Source of the DNA: Candidatus Latescibacterota bacterium
GTDB taxonomy: Bacteria; Latescibacterota; UBA2968; UBA8231
Length of the DNA stretch: 64,000 nt
NCBI GenBank assembly: GCA_965217585.1
Contig: OZ244561.1
Span: forward strand, 5,376,001 to 5,440,000
Direction of reading: 5' to 3'
Shown: piece after piece, positions 54,765 to 64,000 of the stretch
Position numbering within the stretch: position 1 is the stretch's first letter
Layout: every line of letters starts with the position of its first letter
Made by a program: the position numbers and the translations under genes
Notes under the pieces: model-generated
What the model saw: only the letters and a program-made list of their open reading frames with translations
What the model was told of the DNA's origin: nothing
Database searches by the model: none

Positions 54765-55046
54765 ATGCCCACATACGAATACGAATGCCAGCAGTGCGGC
54801 TACCGATTTGAAGAGTTTCAGAGCATCACCGCCGAGCCGCGTCAAACCTGCCCGGAAGCAGAATGTCAAGGCCCGGTCAAGCGGCTCATCGGCATGGGCG
54901 GCGGTCTGCTCTTCAAGGGGACGGGCTTTTACACAACCGACTATCGCAGCGATGGATATCAGAAGGCGGCTAAGGCCGACAAAGACAGCGGCAAGACGGG
55001 CGACAAAAAGGGCGGCGGCAAAGCGGATGCCGCCAAAGCCGATTGA
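54765..55046 (+). CDS. FmdB family zinc-ribbon protein
   Basis: MPTYEYECQQCG, CPEAEC, FKGTGFYTTDY. Confidence 0.9.
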   Translation: MPTYEYECQQCGYRFEEFQSITAEPRQTCPEAECQGPVKRLIGMGGGLLFKGTGFYTTDYRSDGYQKAAKADKDSGKTGDKKGGGKADAAKAD

Positions 55047-55080
55047 GGAACTTTCCCACGCGATGCGCGGTTAAACATAA

Positions 55081-55572
55081 ATGGTATCGAGGATACTACT
55101 GGGAATTTTTGTCGCCGGGTCTTGGTGGGGAGGTTGCGTCCAGCAAGGCGCTGAGGAGTTGTTCGCGGCCGGTGAAGCCGCTGCGGCCGACCCCGCCACG
55201 GCCGACCAAGCGGTCGCGCATTTTACGGCTTTTCTCGAGCGCTTTGACGAATCTCCCAAAGCCCCGGAGGCGCTGAGAAAACTCGCCGGCTTGGCCCAGC
55301 AGCAAGGGAAAATGCAGGAAACCATCGGTTATTACGAGCGCGTGTTGGCCGAGTATCCCGATAGCGGGCACGGCGACGAAGCCCAATTTATGATCGCCTT
55401 TATATACGAGGAGTACATCCGCGACCTAGAAAAGGCGCGGCGAGCCTATCAGCGCGTAATCGAGCGCTACCCTGATTCCGAGCTCGCGGCTAGCGCCCGG
55501 CACCTGTTGCCCAACGTCGGACGCACTCCCCAAGAATGGGTCCAATTTCAGGACGAGGTCGCCGCTCCTTAA
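55081..55572 (+). CDS. TPR lipoprotein (BamD/YbgF-like repeats)
   Basis: Hydrophobic N-terminus ending in GGC, repeats YERVLAEYPDS and YQRVIERYPDS. Confidence 0.7.
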   Translation: MVSRILLGIFVAGSWWGGCVQQGAEELFAAGEAAAADPATADQAVAHFTAFLERFDESPKAPEALRKLAGLAQQQGKMQETIGYYERVLAEYPDSGHGDEAQFMIAFIYEEYIRDLEKARRAYQRVIERYPDSELAASARHLLPNVGRTPQEWVQFQDEVAAP

Positions 55573-55613
55573 CACATTAGAAGTCGCCATAGAGGTTTGA
55601 GGCAGATAGGCCC

Positions 55614-55647
55614 AGCCGCTTGCGAATCCGCAGGGCGGTTTTTTATT
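55614..55647 (+). terminator. Intrinsic terminator-like hairpin before moxR
   Basis: AGCCGCTTGCG / CGCAGGGCGGTT followed by TTTTATT. Confidence 0.6.
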
Positions 55648-55681
55648 GGCTGAGGCCCAGAGCATGTCGAGAGTACATCCG

Positions 55682-56680
55682 ATGACGCAAACAACAATAG
55701 ACATCCACGCCATTAGCGAGCAGGTCCAGCGCGAGAGTTTGGTGGTGGAGCGCATTTTGCAGGAGATGGACCGGGTCATCGTCGGCCAACGCGCCATGGT
55801 GGAGCGGATCCTGATGGGTTTGTTGTGCAACGGCCACATCCTCCTCGAAGGGGTGCCCGGACTAGCCAAGACCCTGACGGTGGCGACGCTGGCGAGGATT
55901 GTGGCCGCTCGTTTCAAGCGGATCCAGTTTACCCCCGATCTTTTGCCCGCCGATCTGACCGGTACCACCATCTACAACCAGCACCAAGGGGTGTTCATAC
56001 CCAAGAAAGGCCCGATTTTCGCCCATTTGATTTTGGCCGACGAGATCAACCGGGCACCGGCCAAAGTGCAGAGCGCACTCTTGGAGTGCATGCAGGAGCG
56101 GCAGGTTACTATCGGTGAGGAAACCTATGCACTCGACGACCCGTTTTTGGTCATGGCCACTCAGAATCCGATTGATCAAGAGGGAACCTATCCGCTGCCC
56201 GAGGCCCAGGTCGATCGCTTCATGCTCAAAGTGAGAGTCGATTACCCGTCGCGCGCCGAGGAGCGGCTGATCTTGGACCGCATGGCCAACGACAATCCGA
56301 TAGAGGTGGAGCAAACAGTGAGCATCGAAGAAATACGCCGCCTGCGCGAGGTGGTGGAGATCGTCTATATCGACGACAAGATCAAGGATTACGTCGTCGA
56401 TCTCGTCCAGGCCACCCGGCGACCAGCCGACTACGGACTAGCCGACATGGCACCGCTGATCGAGTACGGAGCCTCGCCGCGGGCCACTATTTTCCTCGTC
56501 CGCACGGCGCGTGCCCACGCCTTCATCCAGCGGCGCGGCTACGTCACCCCGGAAGATGTCAAGGCCGTGGGGGTCGATGTGCTCAGGCACCGAATCATCG
56601 CCTCGTACGAGGCCGAGGCCGAGGAAATCGACAGCGACCACATCGTGCAGCAGCTCTTCGACCACATCGAAGTTCCCTAA
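55682..56680 (+). CDS. moxR: MoxR-family AAA+ ATPase (start uncertain, 55646-55682)
   Basis: EGVPGLAKT, RIQFTPDLLPAD, DEINRAPAKVQSALL, ATQNP, LPEAQVDRF. Confidence 0.92.
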   Translation: MTQTTIDIHAISEQVQRESLVVERILQEMDRVIVGQRAMVERILMGLLCNGHILLEGVPGLAKTLTVATLARIVAARFKRIQFTPDLLPADLTGTTIYNQHQGVFIPKKGPIFAHLILADEINRAPAKVQSALLECMQERQVTIGEETYALDDPFLVMATQNPIDQEGTYPLPEAQVDRFMLKVRVDYPSRAEERLILDRMANDNPIEVEQTVSIEEIRRLREVVEIVYIDDKIKDYVVDLVQATRRPADYGLADMAPLIEYGASPRATIFLVRTARAHAFIQRRGYVTPEDVKAVGVDVLRHRIIASYEAEAEEIDSDHIVQQLFDHIEVP

Positions 56681-56694
56681 AGCCAAGGCGAGCC

Positions 56695-57570
56695 GTGATT
56701 CCCAAAGAGATACTCGACAAAGTTCGCCTGATCGAGATCCACACCCGCAGCATGGTGAATAATCTCTTCGCCGGCGAATACCACTCGGCGTTCAAAGGGC
56801 GGGGGATGGAGTTTGCCGAGGCGCGTGAATATCAGCCCGGCGACGACGTGCGCCACATCGACTGGAACGTGACGGCGCGGGTGGGCGCGCCCTTCATCAA
56901 AATATTCGACGAGGAGCGCGAGCTGACCGCCGTGCTGGTGGTAGATGCTAGCGCGTCCGGGGCCTTTGGCTCACAGCAGCAGATGAAGGGGGAAATTGGG
57001 GTCGAGGTCTCGGCGCTGTTGGCCTTTAGCGCGATCAAGAACAACGACCGCGTGGGCCTGCTCATCTTCACCGACGAGGTCGAAGTTTTCGTGCCGCCGA
57101 AAAAGGGACGCAAGCACGTGCTACGCGTCCTGCGCGAGTTGCTGTACTTTCAGCCGCAGGGGCGCCAGACCTCCATCGCCGGGGCCTTGGAATACCTCAG
57201 CCGCGTCCTGCACCGCCGCAGCGTGATCTTTGTCATCTCCGACTTTCTAGACCAAGGCTACGAGCCAGCGCTGCGGCACTTGAGCCAGCGCCACGACTTG
57301 ATCGCCGTGGTGGTGAGCGACCCGCGCGAGTGGGAGCTACCCGATGTTGGTTTTATCAACCTGCAAGATGCCGAGACCGGCCAACAGGTGCTCGTCGATA
57401 GCGGCCACGAGGGCATGCGCGCGTTTTTCGCCGCCGAACAGCGGACCGCGGCCGAGCGCCGCAGCACCCTATTGCACAAAGCGGGCGTCGACGAAATCGC
57501 GATTGACCTGTCGCGCCCTTATGTCGAACCCCTCATTCACTTTTTTCGCGCGCGGATGCAGCGACACTAA
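56695..57570 (+). CDS. DUF58 / VWA-like MoxR partner
   Basis: FKGRGMEF.E.REYQPGDDVRHIDWNVTAR, DASAS, ISDF. Confidence 0.9.
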   Translation: MIPKEILDKVRLIEIHTRSMVNNLFAGEYHSAFKGRGMEFAEAREYQPGDDVRHIDWNVTARVGAPFIKIFDEERELTAVLVVDASASGAFGSQQQMKGEIGVEVSALLAFSAIKNNDRVGLLIFTDEVEVFVPPKKGRKHVLRVLRELLYFQPQGRQTSIAGALEYLSRVLHRRSVIFVISDFLDQGYEPALRHLSQRHDLIAVVVSDPREWELPDVGFINLQDAETGQQVLVDSGHEGMRAFFAAEQRTAAERRSTLLHKAGVDEIAIDLSRPYVEPLIHFFRARMQRH

Positions 57571-57582
57571 GGAGGAAGTACC

Positions 57583-58515
57583 GTGATTGAAGTACGCGAA
57601 CTGTCCAAATACTACGGAGATGTGGTCGCCGTGGAGAATGTGTCCTTCAGCGTTGAGAAGGGCGTCATCCTCGGGTTCCTCGGGCCGAATGGCGCGGGCA
57701 AGACCACGACGATGCGCATGCTTACCTGTTATCTGCCGCCTTCGCAGGGCGGAGCCAAAGTCGCTGGTTTCGATATTATCGAGGAGTCCATGGAGGTGCG
57801 CAAGCGCATTGGCTACCTACCCGAGCAGCCGCCGCTCTACCACGATATGACGATAAACGCCTATCTGCGCTTCGTGGCCAAAATCAAGGGCGTGCCCAGC
57901 GCTGCGCTCAACAGCCGGATCGACGACACCATGGAAAAAACCGGCATCGCCGACCACCGCCACACGGTGATCGGCCACCTGTCCAAGGGCTACCGGCAGC
58001 GCGTCGGTTTGGCCCAGGCGCTCGTCCACGAGCCGGAGGTACTCATCCTCGACGAGCCGACGGTGGGCCTCGACCCCAAGCAGATCATCGAGATCCGCGA
58101 GGTCATCAAGGGCTTGGGGGGCGACCACACGGTCATTCTCAGCACCCACATCCTGCCAGAGGTCAGCATGACCTGCGGGCAACTGGCGATCATCCACAAC
58201 GGCCGCATCGCCGGCCAGGGCACGCCCGAAAGCCTCATGGCCCAGCTCAAGGAGGGCGAGGTGCTGCGCGCCCACATAGACGGCCCCAGCGAGCAGGTGC
58301 TGGGCATGATCGGCCAGCTAGAGGGCGTGCTGGAGGTAGAAGTCAGTGGCGAGGAGGGCGCGTACGTGGTGACGAGCGCCCCCGGAGCCGACGTGCGCGA
58401 CGACTTGACCCGCAAGGTCGTGGAAAGCGGCTTCAGCCTCCGCGAATTGCGGCCGCTCGACATGACCCTCGAAGACATTTTCCTGAGCTTGACTAGTGAG
58501 GAGGTAGCAGCTTAA
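57583..58515 (+). CDS. ABC-2 type exporter ATP-binding subunit (GldA-like)
   Basis: GPNGAGKTT, LSKGYRQRVGLAQAL, LDEPTVGLDP, STH. Confidence 0.92.
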   Translation: MIEVRELSKYYGDVVAVENVSFSVEKGVILGFLGPNGAGKTTTMRMLTCYLPPSQGGAKVAGFDIIEESMEVRKRIGYLPEQPPLYHDMTINAYLRFVAKIKGVPSAALNSRIDDTMEKTGIADHRHTVIGHLSKGYRQRVGLAQALVHEPEVLILDEPTVGLDPKQIIEIREVIKGLGGDHTVILSTHILPEVSMTCGQLAIIHNGRIAGQGTPESLMAQLKEGEVLRAHIDGPSEQVLGMIGQLEGVLEVEVSGEEGAYVVTSAPGADVRDDLTRKVVESGFSLRELRPLDMTLEDIFLSLTSEEVAA

Positions 58516-58516
58516 A

Positions 58517-59299
58517 ATGCGCAATTTTGCCGCCGTGTACACCAAGGAGATGCGCTCCTATTTTGTTTCGCCGGTCGCCTATGTGATCGCCGGCGTGTTC
58601 CTGTTTCTCTCGGGCTATCTGTTTCGCAATATCCTGATGCAGTTCAACCTCTGGTGCTTGCAGTTTGGCCAGCGGGCGCAGATGGGCATGGGGGGGATGC
58701 CAGCGCTCAATCTCAACGAGATGGTCGTCACCCAATTCTTCGCGGTCATGGACTTCATCTGGCTCTTGGTCATCCCGATGCTGACCATGCGGCTCTTTGC
58801 CGAGGAGAAGAAATCCGGCACCATCGAATTGCTGATGACCTCGCCGCTGCGCACCATCGAGGTGATGCTGGGCAAGTTCTTGGCCTGCTTTTCGCTCTAC
58901 GGCATCATCGTCAGCCTGACGCTGATCTACTTTGTTATCCTCGAAGTGTACGGCTCGCCCGACTGGGGGCCGATTTTTTCTGGCTATCTCGGCTATTTGT
59001 TCCTCGGCGCGACCTTTATCTCTGTGGGCATCCTAGCCTCGGCGCTGACTGAAAATCAGATCGTCGCCGTGCTGTTGACCTTTGGCATGTTGCTCCTTTT
59101 TTGGCTCATCGATTGGTCGGCTAGCTTTGCCGGCCCGACGGCCGCCAAAATCTTGCAGTACCTCTCCTTTATAGATCACCTCGAAGATTTCCAGCGCGGA
59201 GTCATCGACACCAAGGACGTGGTGTTCTACCTGAGCTTTACCTTTTTCTGCTTGTTTTTGACCACGCGCGTCATTGAATCGCGGAGATGGAGGCGCTGA
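58517..59299 (+). CDS. ABC-2 type permease (GldF-like)
   Basis: KEMRSYFVSPVAY, TMRLFAEEKKSGTIELLMTSP, NQIVA, RGVID. Confidence 0.9.
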   Translation: MRNFAAVYTKEMRSYFVSPVAYVIAGVFLFLSGYLFRNILMQFNLWCLQFGQRAQMGMGGMPALNLNEMVVTQFFAVMDFIWLLVIPMLTMRLFAEEKKSGTIELLMTSPLRTIEVMLGKFLACFSLYGIIVSLTLIYFVILEVYGSPDWGPIFSGYLGYLFLGATFISVGILASALTENQIVAVLLTFGMLLLFWLIDWSASFAGPTAAKILQYLSFIDHLEDFQRGVIDTKDVVFYLSFTFFCLFLTTRVIESRRWRR

Positions 59300-59301
59300 G
59301 C

Positions 59302-62300
59302 ATGAAGGCATATACCACGCCCTTGGGGCTGGTCGGCGCGGCGCTGATGGTCGCGGGTGGCTCGGCCTATCTGCTCAATGCCGAAAGCGGCTCAATCGGG
59401 CTTTTCAACTTGGCACTCGGTGCCCTGATGGTGGCCGCGGCCGGGCTGCTTAACCCAACGCTCTTCCGCCAGTACGGCCGTTGGCTCAACGCCTTTTGGG
59501 GCGGCATCATGGTCTTCGGTATTGTGGCCATGATCAATTTTTTGGGCAATCGCTATCCCGAGCGCTTCGACCTGACCGAAGGCCAGCTACACAGCCTCGC
59601 CGACCTGACAGTGGAGACGCTCAAGGCGCTGGACAGGGATGTCCACGCCCTCGCCTTTATGGAGGGGGGGGAGAACGCCGGACTCGAACTGCTGCTGGCC
59701 GAGTTAGAAACGTACAGCACCCGCTTTAGCTACGAGTTCATCGACCCGGACCGCGACCCGAGTCGCACCGAGGACTACGGCATCCGCCGCTACGACACGC
59801 TGGTGTTGGAAAGCGGCGACAAACAACAGCAAATCACCGAACTCGCAGAGCGCGAGATCGTCAACTCGCTACTCAAGCTGACGCGAGAGCGCCAAGACCG
59901 GATCTACTTAACGGTGGGGCACGGCGAGCGCCGGCTCGTCAACCAACCCGAGGGACTAGAACAGCTACAGGCCCAATTGGGGGAGATCGACTACGCGGTC
60001 GAGGATTCGCTGTTCCTCGCCCGCGAGGGAGCGGTGCCCGAAAATTGCGCCGTGCTGGTCATAGCCGGCCCGCGCACGCCTTTCTTCCCGGTGGAGGTAG
60101 AGGCCATACGCTCCTACCTAGCAGCAGGCGGTGCCCTGCTGTTGCTTTTGGACCCGCTCGCCGACAGCGGCTTAGAAGAGCTGTTGGGCGAGTGGGGCGT
60201 GGTGGTCGGCGACGACTTCGTCATCGACACCAGCGGCGTTGGCTCGCTCTTTGGCCTCGACTTTACCACGCCGGTTGCCCTCTCCTACGGCGACCATCCA
60301 GTCACGCGCAAGCACCAGGGCCTGATGACCTTCTTCCAACTCGGGCGCTCGGTGCGCTTTGACGAGCGCAGCGGTCGCGAGGGGGCCACCTTGGTCCAGA
60401 CGTCGGAGGCCGGTTGGGCCGAGACCGACTTGAGCGTGCTCACCAGCGAGGGCAATCAGACGGTCAAGCTCGACGAGGGCGTCGATCAGCCCGGGCCGGT
60501 GTCCTTGGCCGTCGCCGTCCTAGACACCGAGGCCGGGGGCCGCTTGGTGGTCTTTGGGGATTCGGACTTTGCCACCAACCAGTACTTCGGTGTCCAGGGC
60601 AACGGCGACTTGGCCCTCAACGCCCTGAGCTGGCTGGCCGAGGACGAAGCCCTGATCTCGATTCGCCCCCGTGAGCCAGGCCACAATCCCATCGCCCTGA
60701 CCGAGAGCGACAGCGAGTGGATTTTCTGGCTCAGCGTGGTGCTCTACCCAGGGCTGATCGCCTTGGTCGGCATTGTAGTCGTCTCGCGCAAGGGGCGCTG
60801 GAGCTTGGCCGACTTGAGCGCGGCCGGGTTGGGCATTGTGATTTCGCTCGGCATTGCCGCGCTGGTCAACTTCCTCGGCGACCGCTACCACCTCCGCAAG
60901 GACCTGACCGCCGACGCGCTCTTTACCCTCTCCGACGACACCCACCGACTCCTCGCACCGCTCGAAGACAACGGCCAGTACGTCAGCGTCAAGACCTTCA
61001 TGGGCGAGATGGAGAACGTGCGCTTTGAGGACCTCTTAAAAGAATACAGCTATCTATCGCCCAACTTCGACTACGAGCTGCTGGACCCGCAGAAGAACCG
61101 GCTGCGCGTTGAGCAGAACAACATCCGCGAGCGCGGGACCTCGATTATTGAAGTGATCGAGGAAGGGCAGGTGCGCAGCGAGCGCATTACCGCCCAAAGC
61201 GAAGAGGCGTTGAGCAATGCCATTCTCAAGGCGCTCAAAGGCCGCGAGCTAAGGGCCTACTTCACCAGCGGCCACGGCGAGGCCGAGCTGGACCAAGTGG
61301 ATGAGTTGGGCTATTCCACCCTCAAAGGCCGCCTCAAGGAGCTAAATTTCGCGGTCGAGGGAGGGCTGACGCTCGCCGAGCCGGTGCCCGACGACGCCAC
61401 GTTAGTGGTGGTTTTGGGACCAAAGGAGCGCTTTGCCGCGGCTGAGGTCGAAGTGCTGCGGCAATACTTGGCCGGCGGGGGCAGTGCGCTGTTCTTGCTG
61501 GATCCGGGCCAGCCGACCGGGCTCGAAGCGCTGCTGAACGAGTACTCGGTCGAGCTGGGGCAGGACTTTGTCGTTGATCTGAGCGGCTTGGGCCAGCTCT
61601 TTGGCGCGGATGTCTCGGTCCCGGTGGTCATCAACTACGGCGATCACCCGATCACCCAAAAGCTATCCGCCGGAACGATGAGCTTCTTCCCACTGGCCCG
61701 CTCGGTGCAGTTGACCGAACACCGGCTCAAGGAGCCGGACATCGCCGCGTTGGCGTACACCCACAAAAGCAGTTGGGGCGAAACCGACCTAGCGCCTATA
61801 GTGGGCGAGGGCGGCGAGGTGGAGTTCGACCCAGAAGTAGATATGCGTGGCCCAGTGCCACTGGGCGTGGCGGTTTCCGCAGCCGCTGATACTAGCTTAG
61901 CGCCCGAAGGACGGACGCGACTGGTGGTCATCGGCGACGCGGATTTTGCCTCCAACCAGTACTTTGCCCAACAGGCCAATGGCGAGCTATTCCTCGGCAG
62001 CGTCAGTTGGCTAACCGAGGATGAAGACCGCCTGACCATCGCCGACAAGCAACCCGCCTTTAACCCTATCAACCTGATCGGCAATCAGGGCGCGGTCATT
62101 CTCTGGATCTCGGTGTTCATCGTGCCCTTTGCGGTCGCTTTGTCGGGCATGGTCATGGTGCTCAGGCGCGGCTATCAGACCTATGTCGACGGCTTTGTCT
62201 CGTGGCTGGTGTACACCTTTTGGGGCAATGCGATGTTCTTCTTCATCAGCGGCATCATTGCCACTAGCGAGGGGGCGATCTTTGAGGGCGAGGTCAAGTT

Positions 62301-62553
62301 GATCGCGGCCTTGGCCTCGGCGGCTATTGGCTACGGTCTCTATCGGCACGCGGCGTGGGCTTGGCAGTCCGGCTTGGCGTTTTCGGCGTTGTGTGCCGGC
62401 GTGGTCGCGCTGACGATTTTTACCGGTGCCAGCCTTGGTTTCTCGCTGATTCCCAACGAGACGGTCCAACTGCTCTACGCCGCGGTCTTCGTGGTCAACG
62501 CGGCCATTCTCGTGTGGATTAAAAAGGTCTTTGTACAAGAGGAGCTAGTATGA
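59302..62553 (+). CDS. GldG-family membrane protein with two tandem GldG modules and extra C-terminal TM helices
   Basis: Repeated motifs NFLG.RY...DLT, GHGE, LLDP, YGDHP.T, W.ETDL, GD.DFA.NQYF, each seen twice. Confidence 0.82.
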   Translation: MKAYTTPLGLVGAALMVAGGSAYLLNAESGSIGLFNLALGALMVAAAGLLNPTLFRQYGRWLNAFWGGIMVFGIVAMINFLGNRYPERFDLTEGQLHSLADLTVETLKALDRDVHALAFMEGGENAGLELLLAELETYSTRFSYEFIDPDRDPSRTEDYGIRRYDTLVLESGDKQQQITELAEREIVNSLLKLTRERQDRIYLTVGHGERRLVNQPEGLEQLQAQLGEIDYAVEDSLFLAREGAVPENCAVLVIAGPRTPFFPVEVEAIRSYLAAGGALLLLLDPLADSGLEELLGEWGVVVGDDFVIDTSGVGSLFGLDFTTPVALSYGDHPVTRKHQGLMTFFQLGRSVRFDERSGREGATLVQTSEAGWAETDLSVLTSEGNQTVKLDEGVDQPGPVSLAVAVLDTEAGGRLVVFGDSDFATNQYFGVQGNGDLALNALSWLAEDEALISIRPREPGHNPIALTESDSEWIFWLSVVLYPGLIALVGIVVVSRKGRWSLADLSAAGLGIVISLGIAALVNFLGDRYHLRKDLTADALFTLSDDTHRLLAPLEDNGQYVSVKTFMGEMENVRFEDLLKEYSYLSPNFDYELLDPQKNRLRVEQNNIRERGTSIIEVIEEGQVRSERITAQSEEALSNAILKALKGRELRAYFTSGHGEAELDQVDELGYSTLKGRLKELNFAVEGGLTLAEPVPDDATLVVVLGPKERFAAAEVEVLRQYLAGGGSALFLLDPGQPTGLEALLNEYSVELGQDFVVDLSGLGQLFGADVSVPVVINYGDHPITQKLSAGTMSFFPLARSVQLTEHRLKEPDIAALAYTHKSSWGETDLAPIVGEGGEVEFDPEVDMRGPVPLGVAVSAAADTSLAPEGRTRLVVIGDADFASNQYFAQQANGELFLGSVSWLTEDEDRLTIADKQPAFNPINLIGNQGAVILWISVFIVPFAVALSGMVMVLRRGYQTYVDGFVSWLVYTFWGNAMFFFISGIIATSEGAIFEGEVKLIAALASAAIGYGLYRHAAWAWQSGLAFSALCAGVVALTIFTGASLGFSLIPNETVQLLYAAVFVVNAAILVWIKKVFVQEELV

Positions 62554-63962
62554 AATTCAAGACCAATGCAGTGATCGGCGCAGTCTTCTTGGCACTGCTG
62601 GCCTTTGTCTATTTCTACGAGATCAAGGGCGGCGAGGAGCGCCGCGAAGAAGCAGAAAAATCCAAGCAGCTATTCGCCTTCCAAGACGGCGACGCACAGC
62701 GGCTTGAGCTGTTGCGCGGCAGCGATGCCTTGGTGTTGGACAAGGGGGCGAGCGGCTGGAACCTGAGCGCACCCATGACCGATGGCGCAGACCAAGAGGC
62801 CGTGGAGCGCTACTTGCGCAATCTGCGCGAGTGCGAACGGGAAAAGGTGGTCGTCGATAGCGCGGCGGCGAGCGCAGACGAAGCCGCCCAATACGGACTG
62901 GACGCGCCGAGGCTCAAAGTGCGGCTGCAAACCGAGGACGGCACCGAGCAGGTGGTGGCTTTCGGGTCGGACAGCCCCACCGACCGCTTCACCTACGTCC
63001 AACTACAAGGCGACAATCCCGAGATCTTTGTGGTGCGCGCTTGGCGCTTCGACAACCTCGACAAGCGCGCGTTTGACCTGCGCGACCGCCGGGTGTTGGC
63101 CTTTGCCAAAGACGAGGTCATGCAGGTGCAGCGGTGGGGCGCAGGCGGCGCGGCCTTGCTGGCGCGGGCCGAGCCTGGCTGGCAATTGCGCGAGCCGGTA
63201 GCTGCCCGGGCCGACGCCGACGCGGTGGGCGGCCTACTCGACAAACTCGACCAAGCCGAGATCGAGGCTTTTGTCGCCGAAGATCCAGATGCCGACGCCT
63301 TGGCCACCTATGGCTTGGGGAGTGCGCCGCAGGTGGAGATCGCCCTGCTCGTCGGCGAAGACCGGGCCGAGAAGCGCTTGGCCATTGGCGGCGCAGACGA
63401 ACAGGGCCGTTGGTACGCGCGCGACGCCAGCCGGCCGCAAGTGTTCTTGGTCGATTCGACGCTGGTGCAAGAGCTTGCCAAGGACATCGCCGACCTGCGC
63501 GACAAAAAGCCCTTGCGCTTTGAGCGCGAGCAGGTCGAGCGCATCGTCCTGACCCGAGGGGCCGCGCCTGAGTTTGCGGCCGACAAGGACACGAGCGGTG
63601 TGTGGCACCTGTCCGAGCCTGTGGGGCGCAACGCCAAATCGTGGAAGCTCAACAGCCTCCTGAGCGATTTGGAGCAACTCGAAGTCGAAGGTTTTGCCGA
63701 GGAGCTGCCTGCCGAGGCCGCTCACGCCTTCAGCATCCAGCTCCTCGGCGGAGAGCAAGCTCTGCTGACCGCTCGCTTCAGCCAAGCCGCTGGGCCCTCG
63801 TACCTGCAACAGGAAGGCGACGGCGCGGTGTACGTCGTTAGTGCCGACGACTTCGCCGAGTTGGACTTGGGCCTAGACGATGTGGCACAAGCCCCCAAAA
63901 AGCCGGCTGCACCCGCCGCCAGCAGCGAAGACCCCAACGACGGCGGCGCTGACAGTCCGTAA
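62550..63962 (+). CDS. DUF4340-type membrane-anchored protein with repeated modules
   Basis: N-terminal TM, repeated W.L..P....AD, YGL, DLRD motifs; typical position after GldG. Confidence 0.75.
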   Translation: MKFKTNAVIGAVFLALLAFVYFYEIKGGEERREEAEKSKQLFAFQDGDAQRLELLRGSDALVLDKGASGWNLSAPMTDGADQEAVERYLRNLRECEREKVVVDSAAASADEAAQYGLDAPRLKVRLQTEDGTEQVVAFGSDSPTDRFTYVQLQGDNPEIFVVRAWRFDNLDKRAFDLRDRRVLAFAKDEVMQVQRWGAGGAALLARAEPGWQLREPVAARADADAVGGLLDKLDQAEIEAFVAEDPDADALATYGLGSAPQVEIALLVGEDRAEKRLAIGGADEQGRWYARDASRPQVFLVDSTLVQELAKDIADLRDKKPLRFEREQVERIVLTRGAAPEFAADKDTSGVWHLSEPVGRNAKSWKLNSLLSDLEQLEVEGFAEELPAEAAHAFSIQLLGGEQALLTARFSQAAGPSYLQQEGDGAVYVVSADDFAELDLGLDDVAQAPKKPAAPAASSEDPNDGGADSP

Positions 63963-64000
63963 TGCGTATCGGCGGTCTGTTCGCCGCGCTAGTCGTCCTC
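63962..64000 (+). CDS. Start of next gene (signal-peptide-like MRIGGLFAALVVL), truncated by the window
   Basis: TAATG coupling with the previous stop. Confidence 0.5.
   Translation, partial: MRIGGLFAALVVL

Overview
GC-rich bacterial chromosome segment. It possibly comes from a Latescibacterota/Gemmatimonadota-like uncultured lineage, which is a weak inference from protein divergence and gene order. Layout: (1) 1-11.6 kb holds metabolic and housekeeping genes: D-2-hydroxyacid dehydrogenase, PfkB kinase, a stand-alone infC with a probable ATC start, PhyH dioxygenase, SulP, zapA, and an operon of FAD/Fe-S oxidoreductase, divergent Rid-like protein, FmdB and larA. (2) 11.6-17.8 kb is a tightly coupled sbcD-sbcC-ygfZ operon ending in a fingerless, apparently catalytically dead DinB homolog that keeps a beta-clamp motif. 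(3) A complete 1112-bp IS701-like element (13-bp TIRs, 8-bp TSD) sits in the -10 box of the putative greA promoter, and the first catalytic Asp motif of its transposase appears replaced by an exact 18-bp palindrome. (4) 19-48.4 kb is greA, tRNA-Gly/Thr/Trp and the rpmG-secE-nusG-rplKAJL-rpoBC-str-S10-spc-alpha superoperon, from which rplC (L3) is missing. (5) 48.4-64 kb holds rlmD, a sigma54 activator with a pseudo-receiver domain, an atypical ClpX-like ATPase, envelope TPR proteins and a MoxR-DUF58-GldA/F/G-like-DUF4340 operon with an internally duplicated GldG. All calls come from reading motifs by eye; no searches were run.
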